Numbered from the stretch's first letter, positions 10,560-20,648 are shown. The stretch is DNA of 64,000 bases from Bacteroidales bacterium (GCA_035531395.1 DATKTA010000006.1:160424-224423); one strand, 5' to 3'. Notes: generated from the sequence alone by a model not told the origin. Made by a program: numbers and translations.

Positions 10560-11914
10560 ACGGAGTTTCTGACATAACAGAGAAATACCTGAGACTGTAC
10601 AGGGAAAATATTGATAAGATTTCTTCATTATCTTCTCCTTATATCAACTCATTCAGGAGTGCTGCATTTCAAAGGTTCAGTGAGCTAGGAATACCCACAA
10701 AAAAAGACGAGGCTTATAAATATACTAACCTCGGTCTTTATTTTGATCACGATTACAGCGGGTACTTCATGCCTGTGGAATCGGATTTTGTGAAAGCGGA
10801 AGAATTCAGGTGTGATGTGGAAGATCTCGATACCCATGGATTAGTTCTTCTAAACGGGTTCTACCCGACAATTAATGAAAAACTAAGGCAGTTGCCAAGC
10901 GGGGTATGGATAGGCAGTCTTAATGAGGCTGCAATGAAGTTCCCTGACCTGGTTGAGAAACATTATGGAAAGTATGCTTATAGTGAAACGGATGGACTTG
11001 TTCACCTTAACACTGCAATGGCTTCCGATGGAGTTTTCGTATGGGTGCCTGAAGGGGTAAGGCTCAATAAGCCTGTTCAGGTAGTTAACCTTGTTCAGTC
11101 AGAGGTTGACACATTTGTTCAGCTAAGAAACCTTTTCATTGTAGAAAAGGATGCTGAGTTTTCAATAATAATTTGCGATCATACACTTGCACCAAAGAAA
11201 TTCCTGACAAATGCCGTAACCGAGATATTTGTTGGAGAAAATGCCCATTTTGATTTAATTAGAGTCCAGAATGAACATAATGCTGCCTGCAAAATGACTC
11301 ATACATTCATGCACCAGGAGAAAAAAAGCATTACCTCATCTAATAACATGACCCTTCACGGCGGCCTGGTACGTAACAGCACTTATCATTACCTGGGCGG
11401 TGAAAGAGCAGAGACTAACTCCAGCGGATTGTTTCTGGCTGATAAATGGCAGCATGTTGACAATTATGTAAATGTTGATCATGCGTTTCCAGACTGCACC
11501 AGTAACCAGCTTTTCAAGGGAGTGCTCGACGACATGTCCACGGGCGTTTTTAACGGTAGGATTCTTGTAAGACCTGATGCACAGCGAACTCTCGCATACC
11601 AGAAAAACAATAATATTCTCCTTACTGATGACGCCAGGATGGATACCAAACCACAGCTCGAGATATTTGCCGATGATGTGAAATGCAGTCATGGAGCCAC
11701 AGTAGGCCAGCTCGATGATAATGCATTGTTCTACCTGCAGTCACGCGGAATAAATAAACGCGAGGCAAAGCTGATGCTCATGTTTGGATTTGCACATGAA
11801 GTTATTCAGAATATCAGGATAGAACCTCTGCGTGAAAGAATGGACAATCTTGTGATGCAGAGACTCAGAGGTGAATTGTCGAGGTGCGCAAACTGTGTTG
11901 TGAAATGTGGTTAA
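10556..11914 (+). CDS. sufD: Fe-S cluster assembly protein SufD
   Basis: 452 aa SufB/SufD-family protein. Has a 4-nt ATGA overlap with sufC and lies between sufC and sufS. Confidence 0.85.
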   Translation: MNGVSDITEKYLRLYRENIDKISSLSSPYINSFRSAAFQRFSELGIPTKKDEAYKYTNLGLYFDHDYSGYFMPVESDFVKAEEFRCDVEDLDTHGLVLLNGFYPTINEKLRQLPSGVWIGSLNEAAMKFPDLVEKHYGKYAYSETDGLVHLNTAMASDGVFVWVPEGVRLNKPVQVVNLVQSEVDTFVQLRNLFIVEKDAEFSIIICDHTLAPKKFLTNAVTEIFVGENAHFDLIRVQNEHNAACKMTHTFMHQEKKSITSSNNMTLHGGLVRNSTYHYLGGERAETNSSGLFLADKWQHVDNYVNVDHAFPDCTSNQLFKGVLDDMSTGVFNGRILVRPDAQRTLAYQKNNNILLTDDARMDTKPQLEIFADDVKCSHGATVGQLDDNALFYLQSRGINKREAKLMLMFGFAHEVIQNIRIEPLRERMDNLVMQRLRGELSRCANCVVKCG

Positions 11915-11926
11915 TATGCAGAATAG

Positions 11927-13141
11927 TTGAAAGATATTTCTGAAATACGGTCCGATTTCCCGATCCTTACCAGAAAGATATATGGTAAACAGCTTGTCTA
12001 TCTTGATAACGGAGCTACCACACAGAAACCTCAGTGTGTTATTGATTCTGTGAATGAGATACTGACTTTCTATAACGGTAATATTCACAGGGGTGTTCAT
12101 TACCTCAGCGATATGGCTTCAGAATATTATGAGAATGCCAGGCAAAAGGTTGCATCGTTTATCAACGCAGGGAAAAAAGAGGAGATCATATTCACTTCAG
12201 GTACCACAGGATCAATAAATTCAATTGCATTTTCATTCGGCGAGAAATATATTGCACCGGGTGATGAAATAATTGTAAGTCACCTGGAGCATCATGCAAA
12301 TATTGTCCCCTGGCAGATGTTATGTGAAAGAAAGGAAGCTTCACTCAGGGTTATCCCCATGAACCAGAAAGGAGAAATTATTCTTGAGGAATATTTCAGG
12401 CTGCTGTCACCAAAGACAAAACTTGTTGCTGTTACCCAGTTTTCAAATGCTCTGGGTACTTCGTTGCCGATAAATGAGATTATTGAGGCTGCTCATTCAA
12501 TTAACGTCCCTGTACTTGTTGATGGAGCTCAGGGTGTTCAGCATGGGATTGTTGACGTGACAAAGATGGATTGCGATTTTTATGTTTTTTCAGGGCACAA
12601 AATTTATGGGCCTACAGGTATAGGGGTACTCTATGGAAAGGAGAAATGGCTCGACGATATGCCACCTTATCAGGGAGGAGGGGACATGGTCGACAAAGTG
12701 ACATTCGGAAAGACCACATACAATCAGCTTCCATTTAAATTTGAGGCCGGGACAATGAATTATGCAGGTGCAATTGGTCTTGGGACAGCCCTCGATTATT
12801 TATCAGGCCTTGGCCGGGAGGAGATTGCTTCACGGGAGAAAGATTTATTGTCCTATGCTATTAAAAAATTATCACAGATTGATGGTGTCAGGATTTATGG
12901 TAATGCGCCGGATAAAATTTCAACAGTATCATTCCTTATTAATGGCATACACCAGTATGATACCGGAATGGTCCTTGATAAATTAGGTATTGCAGTCAGA
13001 ACAGGAACACACTGCGCTCAGCCTGTAATGGATTATTTTGGTATTGACGGTACTGTGAGAGCTTCGATGTGCTTCTACAACACAACAGAGGAAATAGATA
13101 TCCTTATTGATGGAATAGAAAAGGTAAAAAGCATGTTTTGA
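11927..13141 (+). CDS. sufS: cysteine desulfurase SufS (apparent TTG start)
   Basis: N-terminal IRSDFPIL, PLP-lysine region SGHKIYGPTGIG, catalytic-Cys loop RTGTHCAQP. Confidence 0.9.
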   Translation: MKDISEIRSDFPILTRKIYGKQLVYLDNGATTQKPQCVIDSVNEILTFYNGNIHRGVHYLSDMASEYYENARQKVASFINAGKKEEIIFTSGTTGSINSIAFSFGEKYIAPGDEIIVSHLEHHANIVPWQMLCERKEASLRVIPMNQKGEIILEEYFRLLSPKTKLVAVTQFSNALGTSLPINEIIEAAHSINVPVLVDGAQGVQHGIVDVTKMDCDFYVFSGHKIYGPTGIGVLYGKEKWLDDMPPYQGGGDMVDKVTFGKTTYNQLPFKFEAGTMNYAGAIGLGTALDYLSGLGREEIASREKDLLSYAIKKLSQIDGVRIYGNAPDKISTVSFLINGIHQYDTGMVLDKLGIAVRTGTHCAQPVMDYFGIDGTVRASMCFYNTTEEIDILIDGIEKVKSMF

Positions 13142-13153
13142 TATAATATATAT

Positions 13154-13582
13154 ATGACAATCAGCGAAGTACAGGACAAAATTATTGATGAGTTTTCATT
13201 TTTCGATGACTGGATGGATAAGTATAATCTTCTGATAGAGATGGGCAAGGATGTTCCTCCTATAGATCCTAAATATAAAGTAAAGGATTTTCTTATCGAA
13301 GGATGTCAGTCTAAGGTATGGCTTCGTCCTGAGTTTGATGGCAGTGTTATTACTTTCACAGCTGATAGTGATGCAATAATTACCCGGGGCATAGTGTCCC
13401 TTCTTATAAAAGTTCTTTCAGGGCGTACACCACAGGAGATCATCTCAACGGAACTTTATTTTATTGACAAGATCGGGCTTAGGCAGAATCTTTCCCCGAC
13501 AAGGTCAAATGGACTGCTGTCGATGGTCAGGCAGATGAAGCTTTATGCCATGGCTTATGATGCCAGGCAAAAAATAAAATAA
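13154..13582 (+). CDS. sufE: sulfur acceptor SufE
   Basis: 142 aa. Conserved EGCQSKVWL active-site Cys motif. Confidence 0.8.
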   Translation: MTISEVQDKIIDEFSFFDDWMDKYNLLIEMGKDVPPIDPKYKVKDFLIEGCQSKVWLRPEFDGSVITFTADSDAIITRGIVSLLIKVLSGRTPQEIISTELYFIDKIGLRQNLSPTRSNGLLSMVRQMKLYAMAYDARQKIK

Positions 13583-13584
13583 TT

Positions 13585-13905
13585 ATGGATTCAGCTGAAA
13601 AACTTGAAATAGAAACAAGGATAGGTGAGGTACTCAGAACCATCTACGATCCTGAAATTCCGGTTAATATCTATGATCTCGGACTTATATATGATATTGA
13701 TCTGGATGATGATAATGTTGCCCACATTACAATGACACTGACAGCTCCCAACTGCCCGATGGCTGAAGAGCTTGTTGAAGAAGTGAAGTATAAGATAGGA
13801 GGAGCCAAAGGAGTTAGGGAGGTCGATCTGAAGCTTACCTTCACTCCTCCATGGGACAGGAGCATGCTGAGTGATGAAGCTAAACTGGAACTCGGATTTC
13901 TTTAA
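13585..13905 (+). CDS. DUF59 / SufT-like Fe-S assembly protein
   Basis: 106 aa. YDPEIPVNIYDLGLIY and TLTAPNCP motifs typical of DUF59. Confidence 0.75.
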   Translation: MDSAEKLEIETRIGEVLRTIYDPEIPVNIYDLGLIYDIDLDDDNVAHITMTLTAPNCPMAEELVEEVKYKIGGAKGVREVDLKLTFTPPWDRSMLSDEAKLELGFL

Positions 13906-13917
13906 AAAAATCATAAA

Positions 13918-14862
13918 ATGGCCGCTTCTGCGGAAAAGAGTCTATCGGATCTTATCAGGAAGAGAGCTACTGAGCTTGGTTTCGATCTATTCGGTATTGC
14001 ACGTGCGAGGAAGCTGGCCGAAGCTCAATCTGTTCTTTCCAGATGGTGCTCTGAAGGCATGCATGACAGGATGAATTATCTCTTGCGTGAACCAGAAAAA
14101 AGAGCAAACCCCGAAATCCTCTTTTCTGGTGCCAGGTCAATGGTTGTAACAGGGTTAAATTATTTTACCGATAAGCGCCAGATACATCCGGATGTTCCTG
14201 TTATTTCAATATATGCACTTGGGAAAGACTACCATGATATTATTAAAGGACGACTGGAACTATTACTTGATTATATAAAAACAATTGCCCCGGAGGCCGA
14301 AGGAAGGGCATTCTGTGATGATGCACCTCTGCTTGAAAAACCATGGGCCGCTGAGGCTGGTCTTGGCTGGAAAGGGAAACATTCGATAATAATTAACGAC
14401 AAAATAGGTTCATTTTTCTTTATCGGAGTACTTATCCTTAACATTGATCTGGAATATAACAATCAGGTTCAAAATGATAAGTGCGGCAGTTGTAGCCTAT
14501 GCATTGATCATTGTCCGACAGGTGCAATAAACAATGACAGAACCATAGATGCCAGGCGTTGTATTGCCAACCTGACGATAGGGAACAGGGGTTCTGTACC
14601 GGAAGAGATTATCCCATTGATGGACAAGCGAGTTTATAGCTGCGACATTTGCCAGGATGTATGCCCCTGGAATAAAAATGCAAAACCTCATAATGTTCCT
14701 GAATTCATTATCTCTGATGAATTGGCAAATATGTCTAAAGAAGAGTGGCTTGCACTGGATAAAGATAAATTCGATTCTCTTTTTAACGGAACCCCTGTGG
14801 AAAGAGTAAAATTTGAAAGGTTCAAAAGGAATATTGAGGCTGTAATAGGGAATGTCCTGTGA
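13918..14862 (+). CDS. queG: epoxyqueuosine reductase (QueG)
   Basis: 314 aa. Two 4Fe-4S ferredoxin motifs (CGSCSLCIDHCPTGAI and CDICQDVCPWN). Confidence 0.85.
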   Translation: MAASAEKSLSDLIRKRATELGFDLFGIARARKLAEAQSVLSRWCSEGMHDRMNYLLREPEKRANPEILFSGARSMVVTGLNYFTDKRQIHPDVPVISIYALGKDYHDIIKGRLELLLDYIKTIAPEAEGRAFCDDAPLLEKPWAAEAGLGWKGKHSIIINDKIGSFFFIGVLILNIDLEYNNQVQNDKCGSCSLCIDHCPTGAINNDRTIDARRCIANLTIGNRGSVPEEIIPLMDKRVYSCDICQDVCPWNKNAKPHNVPEFIISDELANMSKEEWLALDKDKFDSLFNGTPVERVKFERFKRNIEAVIGNVL

Positions 14863-14873
14863 ACCAGAGATCT

Positions 14874-15047
14874 ATGAGGGTGTCTCAAAAGTCAAAACTC
14901 ATTAACCGCAAAGGACGCTGAGTCCCGATAGTTATCGGGATTTCGCGAAGTTCGCAAAGTACTAAATATAAACATTTTGGCTTTGCGTACTTTGCGCCAG
15001 CTTTGCATACTCTGCGGTTAAAAAAGACTTATGAGACAGCCCCTTTT
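14874..15047. repeat. about 175-bp imperfect palindromic intergenic element built from CGCAAAG-type words
   Basis: Three arm pairs: gggtgtctcaaaagtc with gacttatgagacagccc, ttaaccgcaaagg with ctctgcggttaa, and cgcgaagttcgcaaagtac with gtactttgcgccagctttgc. A nested perfect hairpin tcccgata-gt-tatcggga sits at 14923-14940. Confidence 0.7.
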
Positions 15048-15459
15048 ATAGGTCACTATCTCCTATGATTGTTACTACAACTTCACGTCTTTTCCTTGGA
15101 CCGTCAAATTCACACAGGAAGATGTTCTGCCAGGTTGATAGACCAGGCTCGCCATCAACAATGGGTATTGTTTCTGAAGGGCCAATTATCCCTGCCTTAA
15201 GGTGGGAATCACCATTATTATCCTGGTGGTCATGCTCCCAGATACCTTCAGGGATCAGCTTATTCATCAGTGTTACAACATCATTCTGAACCGACTGGTC
15301 CCAGTTCTCCTGGATCATTATTGCAGCAGTTGAGCCCCTGGAATATACAGATGCAACACCATATTTGACCTTGCTTTCACTTATCAGGGCCGTTACCTCT
15401 TTTGTGATATCATACAGACCATTATGACGGTCGGTATGCAGTACGATTATCTTTTGCAT
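15046..15459 (-). CDS. YjbQ/UPF0047 family protein (secondary thiamine-phosphate synthase-like)
   Basis: 137 aa. Family-like motifs TAAIMIQEN and DSHLKAGIIGPSETIPI. Confidence 0.7.
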   Translation of the reverse strand: MQKIIVLHTDRHNGLYDITKEVTALISESKVKYGVASVYSRGSTAAIMIQENWDQSVQNDVVTLMNKLIPEGIWEHDHQDNNGDSHLKAGIIGPSETIPIVDGEPGLSTWQNIFLCEFDGPRKRREVVVTIIGDSDL

Positions 15460-15566
15460 GCTACTACTCTTTTCCCCTGCCTGACGACAGGAGTTAGCAC
15501 AAAAGTACAGGATGTTTTTTACCTTGCTTATGTTTTTACGTCTTATTATTATAAAAAAGACTCATT

Positions 15567-16112
15567 TTGATAGATCCAGGACTTATAGAAGAATGCAGGG
15601 GAGGTAATCTGAATAATTTCAGGAAGGTTGTGGAAGCGGCTGCCCCTTTTGCCTACTCGGTGGCATTCAGAATGCTGGGTGATGAAGATCTCGCAAAGGA
15701 TGCAGTTCAGGAGACAATGGTTACTGTGTGGCAGAAACTTGAGGTTATCAAATCTCCTGAGGGATTTAAATCATGGCTTTATAGAATTGTAATAAACAAA
15801 TGTTATGATGAATTGCGAAAGCGAAAAAGGAATCATGAATATTCCCAGGATGAAAAGATATGGAAAAAACTGTCTGAGACTTTATCTGATAATGCATCAG
15901 CAGACCTGGAGAATATAGAAATGGCTGCTATCATATCAGGGTTAACAGAAAAACTGAGTCCTAAGCAAAAAGCTGTGTTCATTCTGTCTGACCTTGAGGA
16001 TATGACAAATGATGAGGTAGCCTTAATAACCGGGATGAGTAAACTGGTAGTAAAGGCGAACCTTTATTATGCGCGAAAAAATATTAAGACAATGCTGGTG
16101 AAATATATTTGA
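15567..16112 (+). CDS. ECF-type sigma-70 family sigma factor (apparent TTG start)
   Basis: Region 2 (DAVQETMVTVWQK, WLYRIVINKCYDELRKR) and region 4 HTH (MTNDEVALITGMSKLVVKANLYYARK). Confidence 0.8.
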   Translation: MIDPGLIEECRGGNLNNFRKVVEAAAPFAYSVAFRMLGDEDLAKDAVQETMVTVWQKLEVIKSPEGFKSWLYRIVINKCYDELRKRKRNHEYSQDEKIWKKLSETLSDNASADLENIEMAAIISGLTEKLSPKQKAVFILSDLEDMTNDEVALITGMSKLVVKANLYYARKNIKTMLVKYI

Positions 16113-16660
16113 AAATGAAAAATGTGGATGAAAAATACAGGAGAGCTATCGATGTGCTTAAGAGATCAAGACCTGTTCTGACTGACGCATATGATATCGA
16201 GGGAGAGGTGATTAGTAAAATCACCTTATTATCCGGAAAAGAGAAGGTCGGTTTTTCTGTTTTCGATTTCCTTTTTGGCTGGACAGAAATAGTCTGGATA
16301 AGGAGAAGCCTTATTACTGTCTCATTTGTTCTGGTGGCAATTTTTGTCTACCAGCAATCAATGATAGTGAAACAACTTAACTGGCTCAGCACACAGATAG
16401 GTGAAAATCAGGAACAGCAGGTTCACAGTTCCTTTTCGGAATATTCGGGTCGGTTAAAGCTTTTAAAGATATCGGGGAGAGGAGTTCAGCAGAAAAACAG
16501 TACGGTGTCAGAAGAACAGCTTGATATGATTCTGAAATCACTTGACAAGTTGCAAACAGATTATGAAAACCTTATGAAAATACTAAATGAAAATCCGGAA
16601 CTTAAAGAACTGGTTGATAAGAAGCTCGATGATATAGATTATAAAAAAATAAAGCTATAA
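16109..16660 (+). CDS. single-pass membrane protein, putative anti-sigma factor
   Basis: Has a 4-nt overlap with the sigma gene. One TM helix (LITVSFVLVAIFVYQQ). No zinc-finger anti-sigma motif seen. Confidence 0.4.
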   Translation: MKMKNVDEKYRRAIDVLKRSRPVLTDAYDIEGEVISKITLLSGKEKVGFSVFDFLFGWTEIVWIRRSLITVSFVLVAIFVYQQSMIVKQLNWLSTQIGENQEQQVHSSFSEYSGRLKLLKISGRGVQQKNSTVSEEQLDMILKSLDKLQTDYENLMKILNENPELKELVDKKLDDIDYKKIKL

Positions 16661-16663
16661 GCC

Positions 16664-17716
16664 ATGAATACAAAATCTCTGAAACTTATAATTTCTATTA
16701 TTCTTATTTTGATTGTATCATGTGATGAACCTGAAACAGTTGTAACGAACATTATTCATCCTGATGGTTCAGTTACCAGGAAAATTGAAATGAGGAAGAA
16801 GGATAATAAATTCAAAATTACCGATATACAGGTTCCTCTTGACAGTACATGGGCAATTGCAGATTCATGTGAAATATCATTAAAAGGAGACACTACATGG
16901 ATAAAAAGGGCAGTAAAAGACTTTAAAAATGTTGAAGAGCTAAATCTTGCCTATAAAACCGATTCCGGCTGTAACAGCAATCTGAAAAGAAATGCCTCTT
17001 TCAGTAAAAGATTCAGGTGGTTCAATACTATTTACAGGTTTTCGGAGACCATATTGAACAGATTTAAGTATGGCAGCCCTGTTTCTGAGTTTTTAACTAA
17101 AGATGAGTTGCAATGGTTTTATAGTCCGTCCGGCGATAATGAAGCCAGATTGAATGGTCCTGATAGCTTGAGATATAAATCGTTATCCGATACAATTGAT
17201 AAAAAGAAAGATGAATGGTTTTTCAGAACTATTGTATCAGAATGGGTAGGTGAATTCTCTGAACAACTTGGACCAAATACTGAAAGGGATATGTGTCCGG
17301 ACTCCCTGAAGAAAAAAGAAAATATTCTGCTTGACATAATTAAAGCGCATGGGGATGATATAGACAGCCTCTGGAATTCGGGATATATTCTTAATGAATT
17401 TATTGGTGAGTCAAATTCTTTGAAATACAGAGCAGAAGCTGACAGTGCTATGGATATTGTTGAGGACAGGATCCTTTTAAGATTTGTTGGATATTCAGTA
17501 AGAATATTAATGCCTGGTAAGCTGATCTCGTCAAATGGCTTTGCTGACAGCAGTCAGTTGCTTGTCTGGCCTGTTAATGATGAATACTTTCTTACCGAAC
17601 CATATGAAATGTGGGCCGAGTCGAAAGTACCTAATATCTGGGCATGGATAGTCTCAGCAATCTTTATTGTTTTTGTGGCTACAGGTATAATTGTCAGGAA
17701 AAAGAAGAGAGACTGA
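16664..17716 (+). CDS. hypothetical lipoprotein with an additional C-terminal TM anchor
   Basis: Lipobox LILIVSC at the N-terminus. C-terminal helix IWAWIVSAIFIVFVATGIIV followed by RKKKRD. Confidence 0.55.
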   Translation: MNTKSLKLIISIILILIVSCDEPETVVTNIIHPDGSVTRKIEMRKKDNKFKITDIQVPLDSTWAIADSCEISLKGDTTWIKRAVKDFKNVEELNLAYKTDSGCNSNLKRNASFSKRFRWFNTIYRFSETILNRFKYGSPVSEFLTKDELQWFYSPSGDNEARLNGPDSLRYKSLSDTIDKKKDEWFFRTIVSEWVGEFSEQLGPNTERDMCPDSLKKKENILLDIIKAHGDDIDSLWNSGYILNEFIGESNSLKYRAEADSAMDIVEDRILLRFVGYSVRILMPGKLISSNGFADSSQLLVWPVNDEYFLTEPYEMWAESKVPNIWAWIVSAIFIVFVATGIIVRKKKRD

Positions 17717-17765
17717 ATCCTCAGCCTCCCATCTTACCAAACCTTAAACCTGACTTAAACCTGTA

Positions 17766-18272
17766 TTATCTTTCATAATCTTTTAACATTAGCATTAGCT
17801 TCTGGCGGGTAAAGAATATCCTGCTTTTTACAGTACCTATCTTTAACCCAAGCTCCTCGGCAATTTCCTTATATTTATATCCTTCAATATGCATTCTGAA
17901 AGGGATCCTGAATTCATCATTAAGCGAATCAATTGCTCTTTCTATTTCAGCTTCCGAATAACTTGATTCGGGAGATATAAAGCCCTTATCTCCTGGCTGG
18001 TTTAAATAGTAAAGATCCTGTGTCCCATCGATGATAGTGTTTTCCTTTACATTCCTCCTGTAGTTATTGATGAATGTGTTCTTCATAATTGTAAAAACCC
18101 AGGCTTTGAGATTAGTATAATCTACAAATTTTTCCTTGTAAGTTATAGCTTTAAGATATGTATCCTGAACAAGGTCAAGAGCAGTATCACGGTCGGAGGT
18201 GAGGCTCATCGCAAATCTGTGAAGATTGCCTTTCATCTCGATAAGGTTGCTGTTAAACTCATATTGTGTCAT
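17766..18272 (-). CDS. ECF-type sigma-70 family sigma factor
   Basis: 168 aa. Region 2 (DLVQDTYLKA, WVFTIMKNTFINNYRR) and region 4 (YKEIAEELGLKIGTVKSRIFFTRQKL). Confidence 0.8.
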   Translation of the reverse strand: MTQYEFNSNLIEMKGNLHRFAMSLTSDRDTALDLVQDTYLKAITYKEKFVDYTNLKAWVFTIMKNTFINNYRRNVKENTIIDGTQDLYYLNQPGDKGFISPESSYSEAEIERAIDSLNDEFRIPFRMHIEGYKYKEIAEELGLKIGTVKSRIFFTRQKLMLMLKDYER

Positions 18273-18643
18273 GATATATATTTTATAGTGTTGGTACTTT
18301 TATTAATTGTTGAAGCAAATCTATACAAATAATAAAAGATAAACAAATCCGAATATCTTAATATATGTTAAATAACTCACTTTTATAAATAAGTAAATAA
18401 TGTAAATAACAGTAAATAAGTATTATGCAGGATTTTTGAAAGGCGGTTTCTAAATTACATTTAAATAGATATTTTATGACTTTATGCCGTCTCTCTCCAT
18501 TGAGGATCTGAAATTGAAATAAAGAATCATTGATTTTCAGGCAAATTATTAGTTTATGCTATTATTGACGGCAGTCATATTCTTTCGTATACACTTATGT
18601 CTTTTATTGCTCCGACTTTTGTACTTTTAAAGGAAAATTCATT

Positions 18644-19462
18644 ATGGATTTTAGTATTAAACTTAGTAACGGGATCGTTTTGAGGGGGATTGCCGAGAGC
18701 CCCGGAGAAAATACAAAGGCTGTAATGATTCTTGTTCATGGGTTGGGAGATCATGTTCAGCGATATAAGCACTGGATTAATCTATTTAAGAATGAAGGGA
18801 TAAGCATTGTTGCTGTTGACCTTCCGGGACACGGTAGGTCACCTGGCAGGAGGGGACATATTTCAAGTTATAATGTTGTCAGGGAAATGATCGATATCCT
18901 ATTAGATACTTCAAAACAAACCTTCAGCGGCATACCTGTGTATATATATGGTCACAGCATGGGGGGAGGAATGGTCCTTGATTATCTCATAAGGACAAAT
19001 CCCGGAGTGGCCGGAGCTATTGTAACATCACCATGGCTTAAACTGGCAAATGAACCTCCGAAAATAAAACTTGTTCTTGCATCACTGCTGAATCACATTT
19101 TACCTGGATTTATTCAGTCATCAGGGTTGAATGCTGATTATATTTCTCAGGACAGAGAGGTTGTCAGACTGTATAAGGATGATCCTCTTGTCCATGGAAA
19201 AATATCGGTACGTCTTTGCAATATTTCATTTAATGCTGCAAAATTTGCACTTGTGAATTCTGCGGAACTAAAAGTACGGACACTTCTGCTTCAGGGGAGC
19301 GATGATAAAATAGTATCTCCTCAAGGTAGCATGGAGTTTGCTGCAAATGCTGAAAAAGTTGACTTTAAAATTTTTGAAGGAGGATACCATGAGTTGCATA
19401 ATGAACCCTTCAAATCTGAGGTTTTTGATTATATACTAAAGTGGATTAATAATAAACCCTGA
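18644..19462 (+). CDS. alpha/beta hydrolase (lysophospholipase / monoacylglycerol lipase-like)
   Basis: HGLGDH oxyanion region, nucleophile elbow GHSMGG, C-terminal GGYHELHNE. Confidence 0.75.
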   Translation: MDFSIKLSNGIVLRGIAESPGENTKAVMILVHGLGDHVQRYKHWINLFKNEGISIVAVDLPGHGRSPGRRGHISSYNVVREMIDILLDTSKQTFSGIPVYIYGHSMGGGMVLDYLIRTNPGVAGAIVTSPWLKLANEPPKIKLVLASLLNHILPGFIQSSGLNADYISQDREVVRLYKDDPLVHGKISVRLCNISFNAAKFALVNSAELKVRTLLLQGSDDKIVSPQGSMEFAANAEKVDFKIFEGGYHELHNEPFKSEVFDYILKWINNKP

Positions 19463-19485
19463 TACCGCATCAATTATTCTGTGAG

Positions 19486-20466
19486 ATGAAATTCCGGACA
19501 ACTATCATTCCAGATCCTTCGAATACACCTATATCGTACAATAGCGGGGTAATGTTTATTGGGTCTTGTTTTGCAGCATATATGGGAGAACAGATGAAGA
19601 TGCGAAAAATGCCTGTGATGATAAACCCGACAGGAACAGTTTACAATCCTGTCTCAGTTCTGAATACCCTGGATGCAATCATAACTTTAAAGATCACGTC
19701 ACATGAAGATGTGTACAACCACAACGGTACCTGGCTGAGTTTCAATCATTATACTGATTTCTGCGCTGATGATCCGGAAGTTCTGATAAAAAAGATAAAT
19801 GAAAATAATTTAAGGGCAGCTGATTTTCTGAATAATGCAGAATTTCTTTTTATAACATTCGGGACTGCCCGGGTGTACAGGTTCAGAGAAACCGGCATAA
19901 TAGTTTCCAATTGCCACAGGATCCCAAATTCACAGTTTGAAAATGAGCTTCTGGAAGTCAGCAGTATTGTCGGTCAGTGGCTCCCTTTACTCGATAAAAT
20001 ATCTGTCATTAATCCCGGTCTCAGAATTGTTTTTACAATCAGTCCTGTCAGGCACTGGAAAGACGGGGCACATGGTAACCAGGTGAGTAAGTCGGTTTTA
20101 TTCCTTGCAGTTGAGGAGTTGCTTAAGCATAGATCCCGGCCAGGTTATTTCCCAGCTTACGAATTACTGATGGATGACCTCCGCGATTATAGGTTCTATG
20201 CTGATGATATGCTTCATCCCTCATCTTCTGCTGTTGAATATATATGGGAAAGGTTCTCTGAAGTTTATTTTGATAAAGCGACTTCTGAAATGCAATCAGA
20301 GATCCTTAAAATTACCAGAGCAATGAATCATCGTTTTATTTCTGATTCAAAACAGAAGAAAAAGACCTTTGCAGAAAATGTTCTTAATCAGATATCCAAA
20401 ATAGAAATACTTGATAATCAGATCGATCTAAGTGTTGAAAAGGATCATTTTCTTAGTTATCTGTAG
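19486..20466 (+). CDS. GSCFA-domain protein
   Basis: Eponymous motif FIGSCFAAYMG near the N-terminus. Confidence 0.8.
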   Translation: MKFRTTIIPDPSNTPISYNSGVMFIGSCFAAYMGEQMKMRKMPVMINPTGTVYNPVSVLNTLDAIITLKITSHEDVYNHNGTWLSFNHYTDFCADDPEVLIKKINENNLRAADFLNNAEFLFITFGTARVYRFRETGIIVSNCHRIPNSQFENELLEVSSIVGQWLPLLDKISVINPGLRIVFTISPVRHWKDGAHGNQVSKSVLFLAVEELLKHRSRPGYFPAYELLMDDLRDYRFYADDMLHPSSSAVEYIWERFSEVYFDKATSEMQSEILKITRAMNHRFISDSKQKKKTFAENVLNQISKIEILDNQIDLSVEKDHFLSYL

Positions 20467-20648
20467 CTATAATGATTTTCGGGATCGGCATTTTTTTCAT
20501 GATTGCCAATGATCATTTGGCATTTTATGCGTAACAAACAGTCAAAACAATTTTAGTGCGGGTCGGGTTAACTATACATTACTGAAAAAAAGGAGCTTAT
20601 ATGAACAATTCTTTTTTTTTATTGTTTTGTAACAAAAAAGGCACATAA

